Assembly: GCA_965222375.1 (NCBI GenBank)
Contig: CBDCTZ010000015.1
Span: forward strand, 704,001-768,000
Direction of reading: 5' to 3'
Source: Polyangiaceae bacterium
Lineage (GTDB): Bacteria; Myxococcota_A; Polyangia; Polyangiales; Polyangiaceae
DNA: 64,000 nucleotides
This document shows positions 57,149-64,000 of this stretch, piece by piece. The position numbers and the translations under genes were made by a program. Within the stretch, counting starts at the first letter, position 1, and every line of letters begins with the position of its first letter. The notes under the pieces were generated by a model. That model ran no database searches. It saw only the letters and a program-made list of their open reading frames with translations, and was not told the DNA's origin.

Positions 57149-58525
57149 CTATTTGAGCTTCGGCTTCGAGCGGATCAGCTTGGCAAGGCGGCTGAGCTGG
57201 CGCCGAAGCTCGCCGCGGTCGTTCACGCCACCGAGCGCGATCCGAATCGCGTCGCAAGGCGGGGAAGCGCGCATCCAGAACGCAGTCGCTGGGGTCACAC
57301 CCAAACCCTGGCGCAGAGCCTCGGCGGTCAGCGCGTCGCTTCGCCAGTGGGGCGGCAGCTCCAACCATAGGTGCAAAGCGTTTGGGTGGCCGGCGAGGCG
57401 ATAGGCAGCGAACAAGCTCCGGGCGAGACGCTGTCGCTGAGCCGCCTCGCGACGCTTGCGTTTCAGCGTCTGGTCTGCGACACCACGCTCGAGCCAAATC
57501 GCGACAATCTCGGCGCCCAGCGGGCTGACCATCCACTGCGTCGCCCAAATATGCTTGGCAAGCTGATCGGCTTGCCCCGGTGGCGCCACCAGAAACGCAA
57601 CGCGGAGGCCTGCACCCAAAATTTTCGATGTAGAAGCAACAAAGTAAGTGCGCTCGGGTGCCAAAGTGCACAGTGGTGGTGGGGGCGAGAGCGCGAGCAG
57701 ACGGTGTGCTTCGTCCTCGATGATGCACAGGTTGTGGCGCCGGGCGATCTTGACGATTTGCTTGCGCCGAGCCATCGACAGCACGATTCCCAAGGGATTG
57801 TGCACCGTAGGCATCGTGCACAGCGCACGGACGCGGCGCTGTCGGCAAGCCCGGTCGAGGCTTTCTGGAAGCAGGCCGGCGCGGTCCATCGCTACCGGCA
57901 CCAAGCGGATGCGGAGAGTTTCCGCAATCCCGAACAGCCCCGGGTAGCCCCACTCCTCCACCAGGACCGCGTCGCCGGGTTTTACCAGGTGCGCCAGCGC
58001 CACAAACAGTGCGTGCTGCGCGCCGGAGCATACGATCACATCGTCAGCGCACGTAGCGACCCCGTAGCGCTCGGCCCAACGCACGCCCGCCAGTCGATGG
58101 CGGTGCAAGCCCAGGTTTGACTGGTATCGCAGGAGCGCCCGGCGGTCTGGTCGCGAGGCCAGCTCACGAAGCGCCTCCGATGGGTCAGGATCGATCCCAA
58201 TCATCGGATAGTTCGTCGTCAAATCGCTTGGGACCGTCGGCGCCTCCAGCAGCGTTGCATACGGTCGCGTCCCCGAATCCGGGGCCAACACGCAAGTTCC
58301 GCGACCGACGTCGCCCCGAACGAGCCCGAGTCTCTCTGCCTCGCGGTAGGCCTTCGCGATCGTTCCACGCGCCACACCCAGCGCATCCGCAAGGTCGCGA
58401 TGCGGGGGCAAGCGCGTTCCCTTTGCGAGAAGTCCGCGCGCGATGTCGTCGGCCAGGGCTTGGACGATAGCCCTGTAGATCGGTTGTCCAGATGACGTCT
58501 TCAGTTCCGGTTTCCATATTGGCAT
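57149..58525 (-). CDS. MocR/GabR family regulator (GntR HTH plus PLP aminotransferase domain)
   Basis: GTRLPPHRDLADALGV...AY, GAQHAL, HNPLG, IIEDE and STSKILGAGLR motifs; start MPIWKP at 58525. Confidence 0.92.
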   Translation of the reverse strand: MPIWKPELKTSSGQPIYRAIVQALADDIARGLLAKGTRLPPHRDLADALGVARGTIAKAYREAERLGLVRGDVGRGTCVLAPDSGTRPYATLLEAPTVPSDLTTNYPMIGIDPDPSEALRELASRPDRRALLRYQSNLGLHRHRLAGVRWAERYGVATCADDVIVCSGAQHALFVALAHLVKPGDAVLVEEWGYPGLFGIAETLRIRLVPVAMDRAGLLPESLDRACRQRRVRALCTMPTVHNPLGIVLSMARRKQIVKIARRHNLCIIEDEAHRLLALSPPPPLCTLAPERTYFVASTSKILGAGLRVAFLVAPPGQADQLAKHIWATQWMVSPLGAEIVAIWLERGVADQTLKRKRREAAQRQRLARSLFAAYRLAGHPNALHLWLELPPHWRSDALTAEALRQGLGVTPATAFWMRASPPCDAIRIALGGVNDRGELRRQLSRLAKLIRSKPKLK

Positions 58526-58609
58526 AGTGCCAACTATGCCATTGCGCGACACCGATCCAAAAGCCATACTGCGCTGGACCATGCCAACCCGTCCTAAAGG
58601 AACCTGACC

Positions 58610-60190
58610 ATGATCTCGAGCCTCCCCCGCGTGTTCTTCGCTGCATTGGTCTGCGCTTGTTCGTCGAGCCCAGGGGCCAGCAGTCCAGGTGCAGGTCACG
58701 ATTCCGGCACGGGCGGGACCCCTGGCAGCGACGCCGGAAGCCACGACTCGGGTAGCGACGCCCCCACGGCTCCGCCAGTATCTTGGACACCTTGCGAAAC
58801 GAATGACTGGCCCAGCGGCTACCCAATCCCTGCGATCCCGACCGAGTGCGCGTCGATCGACGTGCCGCGGCTGCACACCGCCCCAGGGCAAGGAAGCATC
58901 AGCCTTCGCGTTGCCCGCCAGCTCTCCGCAAAGAACCCCACTACTAGGGCTGTGTTCGTCCTGGAAGGCGGACCTGGGGGCTCTGCAGTCTTCACCTCGG
59001 GTCTGATTCCAGGCGCGATGCCCGGACTGATTGCCGACTTCGATCTGGTGTACGTCGACGTGCGAGGGACGGGTGGCTCCGACTATCTCAGCTGCCCGAC
59101 CGACCCGGTTTCCACCACCGCCGAGTGGGAGGCCTGCGCCAAGGCCAACTCCAGCGTGCCGTTGAATCAGTACTTGAGTGTGCCTGTGGCACACGACCTG
59201 GACAACGTACGGAGGCGTCTGGGCTACGACGGTATTCACCTGTTCGCGGCCAGCTATGGCACGCGCGTCGCCTTCGACTACCTCCGCCTCTACGGAAACT
59301 ACGTCGTGGCTGGCGTTTTCGATGGAGTGGCTCCCCCGGTTACGGATCTGTTCGCCGACTCGATCACGTCGATCGATCGTGGAGTGAAGATGTTGATCGA
59401 TGACTGCGAGCAGGATTCGAGCTGCGTCGCCGTGTCGCCGAACCTCGCGGCCGACCTCACGCAGCGGCGCAAGAACCTCGCAGCGAACCCCAGGCCGGTC
59501 CAATTCGATGGACAGAAGTTCTTCGAGACAGAGAACGACTTCATCGGCCTATTGTACGTTTTCATGCGGTCGGACTACTGGCGCTTTCGCATTCCGCGGG
59601 CGGTGCACGAATCCGTGCAGGGCGACCACACGCGGTGGAACCAGCTGATGACGGAGGCCATAGGCTCGGTCGTGAGTGACGCCACTGGGACCGCGCCACC
59701 CGCGAAGGCCCTAACGCCGATCGCCCGCTTCTTGCCGCAGATCGGATTCGGTGTGGCGTTCGGCTCGAGGGCCGTAAACGGTGCCGTCCTGTGTGCGGAG
59801 GCCCTGCCGAGCTCGCAGGGGATCAGCGCCCTGATGGCGCTTCAGAGCCAGCAGGCGTGGCCACGGACTCATGCCATCAACAAGGCAAAGTCGTGCCCAT
59901 CGTGGGCGGTCACGCCACTACCGGAGTCGGAGCGGCAGCTCGTGTCGTCGGACGCGAAGCTCCTTCTGATCAGCGGTCTTATCGACATCAATCTGGATCC
60001 GAAGTGGGCAAAGGTCGCCCTCGAAAAGCTCAACCAAGCGAAGTTGATTGAAGTTGAAAACGCGACGCACCTTCCGACCTACAAGCCGTGTGTCGGTCAG
60101 ATCAATACCGAGTACTTGCGAGCTGATGGAGACATCAACAAGGTCGATATGTCATGCCTCGACCAACTTCCGAAGCCGAAATGGGATTGA
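58610..60190 (+). CDS. Alpha/beta hydrolase lipoprotein (tripeptidyl aminopeptidase-like)
   Basis: GGPGGS, DVRGTGGS, ASYGT nucleophile elbow, C-terminal D and H with a TAP-like tail. Confidence 0.88.
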   Translation: MISSLPRVFFAALVCACSSSPGASSPGAGHDSGTGGTPGSDAGSHDSGSDAPTAPPVSWTPCETNDWPSGYPIPAIPTECASIDVPRLHTAPGQGSISLRVARQLSAKNPTTRAVFVLEGGPGGSAVFTSGLIPGAMPGLIADFDLVYVDVRGTGGSDYLSCPTDPVSTTAEWEACAKANSSVPLNQYLSVPVAHDLDNVRRRLGYDGIHLFAASYGTRVAFDYLRLYGNYVVAGVFDGVAPPVTDLFADSITSIDRGVKMLIDDCEQDSSCVAVSPNLAADLTQRRKNLAANPRPVQFDGQKFFETENDFIGLLYVFMRSDYWRFRIPRAVHESVQGDHTRWNQLMTEAIGSVVSDATGTAPPAKALTPIARFLPQIGFGVAFGSRAVNGAVLCAEALPSSQGISALMALQSQQAWPRTHAINKAKSCPSWAVTPLPESERQLVSSDAKLLLISGLIDINLDPKWAKVALEKLNQAKLIEVENATHLPTYKPCVGQINTEYLRADGDINKVDMSCLDQLPKPKWD

Positions 60191-60630
60191 AGGTCGGTGT
60201 GATGCGCCAAGTTTGCTCACCCAACGCCGCCGTCCACGTCGCGCGGGTCACCCGTGTCGAAATTCCCCTGAGGATCGGGCGGCGGCACGCGAATACGGAC
60301 ACGCTTTGTGCTGGGCGCTTCCTGTCCTTGGGGCGTGTGTCCGGAGGACGATCCTCCGGTGCGAGCCACTTCGACTTATCGCTCCACGGACGGTGCTACA
60401 CGGAAAGAGCTCGCGGCCGAGGAGTTCGCAGGCCGCCGCGCCACCATTCACATCGCCTGAGGCCGGGTGACGGCCGGTGTGTGCGCCGGGACACAGCGGT
60501 GCCACCCAAGCTCCGGGCGACGGGGCTGGCAGCTGATCCGAATTACCTATCCCTGTGCAGTTGGGTCACGTCGGCCTGGCTGTTAGCGCGAGCGACCCGA
60601 AGGAAGGGAGCTTCACGCCGAGTTCCGGTT

Positions 60631-60739
60631 TGATTCAGCCGTCATTCCACCCTGAACGAAATAACTTGTTCGTGGATCGGAGGTTACGCGAACTTTCCAC
60701 GCCGTGTTTCGGCGCGAACGCTTTGGTCGGCCTGGACTC
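60631..60739 (+). mobile_element. 109-bp element copy 7
   Basis: Matches consensus from TCAGCC (60635) to CCTGGACTC. Confidence 0.8.
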
Positions 60740-61543
60740 CCGCTCGCAGCCCAGCCCGATGCGGACGGCGTGCGCATCCGTCTCACCAAGCGCGCGCACC
60801 TGGGCCTGTACATGACCGGAGACAGCGCGATCGCCAATGGCTTCTCCGCCACCCTGCCCAAGGACGCGGAGTACACGCTGCAAGCCGTCGCGAGCTGCAC
60901 GCCGCCGGCCGCCCTCAGCGTGCGGGGCGTGAAGCTCAGCGCACGGCAAGAGCTTTGGGTGCGTTACATCGCCGAGCACATCGTGCCTGAGCTGCCCGGA
61001 ACCAAAGACGAGCGCATCGACAAGGCCGCCTACGTCGCGTGGTGGGCCCTCAAAGAAGGCGTGCTCGACACCAACAATCCCCTCGCCTACTCGAACTGCA
61101 GCATCCCGCCGGACAAGCACATCGGCCCGGTCGAAGTCTGCCCCAACGCCAAGAACGCCTGGCAAGTCGGGATTTCGGGAGTGCAAGCCACCTACACCAG
61201 CGTGGCCACCGCCGAGCAGATCGCGCAGGCGGCGTACCCCCAGCAATCGCTGATCGAAGTCTTGACCAAGGCCGCGCCAACCGCAGGCTACGGAGTGCAA
61301 ACCGCATTGGGCCAGGCCATCATCACTTCGAAGGATCGCCTGCGCCTGTCATGGTTGCTCCGCACCGGCCCCGTGGGATTCGCTGCGCAGTACTCGCCGG
61401 TCTACAACGAGTGCTTCGTCTCGACGAAGTCGTGGTGCTTCGGCAGCGGTTGGCCCAGCTCCGCATCCTTCGCCCCAACCCAAGCTGGCGCCAACCAGGC
61501 CGTGACGGATCTCAAGTCCATCTTCCAGTCACTCACTCCCTGA
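60740..61543 (+). pseudogene. Hypothetical protein, probably 5'-truncated by copy 7
   Basis: Strong GC3 coding bias starts right at the element end; no RBS, start or signal peptide there. Confidence 0.6.
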
Positions 61544-61732
61544 GCCCGAACGCCCTCATCCCGAGCGGGTAGTCGGAGAAGGTCTGGAGTGGATGGCGCA
61601 CCGTGCGCGAGCGCTGCGCCCTGGCCTTCGCTCCGAGGCGTGGTACTTTTCGCCAATGAAATGGACGTGCTTGCTTGTTCCCGTGGCGAATGCCCCGTGT
61701 GTTGAGCGATTAGACCAGAACGCCGCGTCGGG

Positions 61733-62515
61733 CTAGCCAGCCAAACACACCTCGCTCACCTTGAGCCGCGGAGACATGCGGACCTCCACGACGTGATCCG
61801 TGAACAGTCCTGCGCAGTCGAAGTGGAGCGTGATGCGCCGCGAATCGATCACCATCGACTCGAGCTGTTGCCGACGCTTGAACGCCGTCGTCGACATCGG
61901 ACGCCCGCCCTCGCGCCACGCGTCGTTGTACGTATCGAGCAACTCGGCCGCGATAGCATCGCGGATCTTCGGCAATGACTGCTCGATACGAAGCACGAAG
62001 CCAGCCGCGCGCTCCACTTCCTTGCCAACAGCCTTGTCGTTGTCAGCATCCCCAGTGACCACATAAACCGCGTACCGAGCCTTGGCCTTCTTCCTTTCGC
62101 CTTGGAACCACCCCATGTCGCGATCGAGCTTCAAGCTCCCCAGCACACGACTCTTGACCCGCTTCGGCCGGGCCTGTTCCTTCGCCACTGCCACCAGACC
62201 GGCAGCCGGCGTCACCTGCCGCAGCGGGGACCGCGCAACGTTCTGCTCCAATCGACTACCACTAGCCTTGCGCACCGTCTCGATCGACAGCGCAACGTTC
62301 TTCCCATCCCATCGGCGCATCGCACCCGAAAGCGCGCTCTGGCTCTTCACCGGCACTTCCACCCGCAGCTCCTTCTTCTGCGCCACCCCGTCCTCCCCCC
62401 GCCAAGGCCGCAAGAAGATCACCAACGCCGGCTTCGCCCCGAGCAGCCCCCCAACCCCCGTAACGGTCCCCTCAACCCGACGAACCCCCTTTGCCGCCTT
62501 CCGCGCTGCGCCCAT
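61733..62515 (-). CDS. DUF2262-like protein
   Basis: LGSLKLDRDMGWF...ELLDTYNDAW...FDCAGLFTDHVVEV pattern. Confidence 0.65.
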   Translation of the reverse strand: MGAARKAAKGVRRVEGTVTGVGGLLGAKPALVIFLRPWRGEDGVAQKKELRVEVPVKSQSALSGAMRRWDGKNVALSIETVRKASGSRLEQNVARSPLRQVTPAAGLVAVAKEQARPKRVKSRVLGSLKLDRDMGWFQGERKKAKARYAVYVVTGDADNDKAVGKEVERAAGFVLRIEQSLPKIRDAIAAELLDTYNDAWREGGRPMSTTAFKRRQQLESMVIDSRRITLHFDCAGLFTDHVVEVRMSPRLKVSEVCLAG

Positions 62516-62581
62516 GAAAGCCCTATGACCTGAACGCGCACTCGGATCAAGGCAAGCGCAGAGCACTGGTGAACGAGTTTC

Positions 62582-62704
62582 CAAATCAGCCGTCATTCCA
62601 CCCTGAACGAAATAACTTGTTCGTGGATCGGAGGTTACGCGAACTTTCCACGCCGTGTTTCGGCGCGAACGCTTTTGGTCGGCCTGGACTCTCGGCCTGG
62701 ACTC
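62582..62704 (+). mobile_element. 109-bp element copy 8 followed by a 13-bp duplication of its right end
   Basis: Full copy at 62582-62691, then TCGGCCTGGACTC repeated at 62692-62704. Confidence 0.82.
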
Positions 62705-62719
62705 TCCCGCGCCGAGAGC

Positions 62720-62977
62720 TCAGGTGCCGTCGCCTTTCCACGCCTCGCCCGGAAGTCTCGCCACGAGCTGGTCGAGGACGACCCGTAGGGCTTCGTCGAA
62801 GTCCCACGTCAAACCAGGGCGCAGCAAGGCATCCATGTCTCCACGAAAGTCGGGTCGACCCGCTTTCTCGTGAAGGTTCGCCTCGAAAAGTGGCCGGGTC
62901 ACGGCGTGGCCGCCCTCGGTCATGTAGCGATCGAAGCGCGTGATGAGCGCCCCTGCGTCCACGACACCTTGGTCTAA
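62720..62977 (-). pseudogene. C-terminal fragment resembling AbiEii-type nucleotidyltransferase toxins
   Basis: FDRYM...VTRPLFEANLHEK...DFRGDMDALLRPG...LPGEAWK; the frame is bounded by the PIN gene stop and has no NTase core. Confidence 0.6.
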
Positions 62978-63394
62978 TCAAATCTTGAAGACCCTGATCA
63001 GATCCTGCCCGCTGGCTAATCGCCGGATGTCCTTGGAGTCGCCAGTTGCGATAAGAGCCGCATCGAAAGACATTGCGGTCGCGACGACGAAGGCGTCGAC
63101 GGCATGAGCGGAGCTACGTTTTGACTTGGCGAGCAGGTGGCCTGCGACTTTGGCAATCTCGCGAGTCAGGGGGACGACGAGCAGGCCTTTTCCGTTGAGC
63201 AAGCGATCGATGGCTGGGTCGTGGCGTGGGCCGCGATAGACCTCGGCTAGAACGGGAGCGGGAACGCGGACCAGCGCACGGCGCTCGTGGGCGGTGGCCA
63301 AGACCGCGCGAGCGCGCTCGGCGTTGACACCGCGCTCATCCGGTCGAGCAAGGACGTTGAGTGCCTCACAATCTAGGATTAGCGCTTCGGCCAT
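62978..63394 (-). CDS. PIN-domain (VapC-like) toxin
   Basis: LILD, VLAEV, VDAFVVA and IATGDSKD acidic PIN motifs. Confidence 0.88.
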   Translation of the reverse strand: MAEALILDCEALNVLARPDERGVNAERARAVLATAHERRALVRVPAPVLAEVYRGPRHDPAIDRLLNGKGLLVVPLTREIAKVAGHLLAKSKRSSAHAVDAFVVATAMSFDAALIATGDSKDIRRLASGQDLIRVFKI

Positions 63395-63606
63395 GCCTTG
63401 CGCGCACTAGCAAGCGCTGACTTAGAAACGGAGCCGAGCTCGTCATCGAGTTCCTCGAGAAACGAGCCAAGCTGTTCCCGCTCCAGCTCGTGAGCCAGCG
63501 CTTTGGCTACGAATCCCGAGAGACCGCGGCCGCCAACACGCTTTCTAACAGCTTTGGCGAGTTCGCTTGGAACGCTGACGGAAAGCTTTGCTACTGGATC
63601 GGACAC
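63379..63606 (-). CDS. Ribbon-helix-helix antitoxin
   Basis: KLSVSVPSELAKAVR...LSGFVAKAL; overlaps the toxin start. Confidence 0.82.
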   Translation of the reverse strand: MSDPVAKLSVSVPSELAKAVRKRVGGRGLSGFVAKALAHELEREQLGSFLEELDDELGSVSKSALASARKAWPKR

Positions 63607-63741
63607 GTGCTTTTCCTACCATGGTAGGAATAACGGTGCAAGCAACTTCGAGCCGGCTACTTTTTGGTCATGCACTTGGCAAACGTCAGCGGAACCGTGT
63701 CCGACACAGCCTCCTTCGCACCCTCTGCGAGATCACCGGGG

Positions 63742-64000
63742 TCACTCGCGCGGATCTTCGCCCAGTAAGGACTCAACCAAAAGCTCGACGTCAGCGAAGG
63801 GTTCGGCGCGAACGACTTCTCCGCCTCTTGCCACGAGGGCTACGACGTAGCCCTCGCTAGACCAGCGATACACCGTGAGCGCTCGGGAAATGGGATCCAA
63901 GATCCAATAGTGAGGGACTGCCGCCTCTTGGTAGATGCGGAACTTCCTTACCGTGTCATCACTGGCATTCGCCGGCGACAAGATCACACAAGTCCAATCG
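63742..64000 (-). CDS. Uma2-family endonuclease, partial (runs off the window end)
   Basis: DWTCVILSP...D...K..IY...VPHYWILDP; the usual E of 'EVLSP' appears replaced. Confidence 0.8.
   Translation of the reverse strand, partial: DWTCVILSPANASDDTVRKFRIYQEAAVPHYWILDPISRALTVYRWSSEGYVVALVARGGEVVRAEPFADVELLVESLLGEDPRE

Overview
GC-rich bacterial DNA that looks myxobacterial (Polyangiaceae/Sorangium-like), judged from MYXO-CTERM tails, many Gly/Cys-rich lipoproteins and eukaryote-like Ser/Thr kinases. The first ~11.6 kb looks like ordinary chromosome (CPBP protease, quinone oxidoreductase, fusA, DUF4139-type protein). The remaining ~52 kb is a mosaic punctuated by eight co-oriented copies of a ~109-bp element (CAAATC(A)GCCGTCATTCCACCCTGAA...GAACGCTTTGGTCnGCCTrGACTC). 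The copies have no target-site duplication and sit at joins between unrelated, often truncated genes: a groEL 3' tail, an integron cassette ORF, Cys-rich and MYXO-CTERM fragments. The element's right end resembles the oriIS of IS91/ISCR rolling-circle elements, and copy 1 is preceded by what looks like the last codons of an IS91-type transposase. My main inference is a non-autonomous, Helitron-like, one-ended rolling-circle gene-capture system that has built a cargo array; chimeric assembly at the repeat is the alternative to exclude. Cargo includes two attC sites with a DUF695-like cassette, a Fic-TIR fusion, and an RNA-repair operon (two nucleotidyltransferases, Hen1, Pnkp) with a candidate attenuator. 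It also includes a sigma54-type paralog cluster, a module-shuffled tandem array of Cys-rich lipoproteins and toxin-antitoxin genes. All family assignments come from motif recognition by eye, not database searches.
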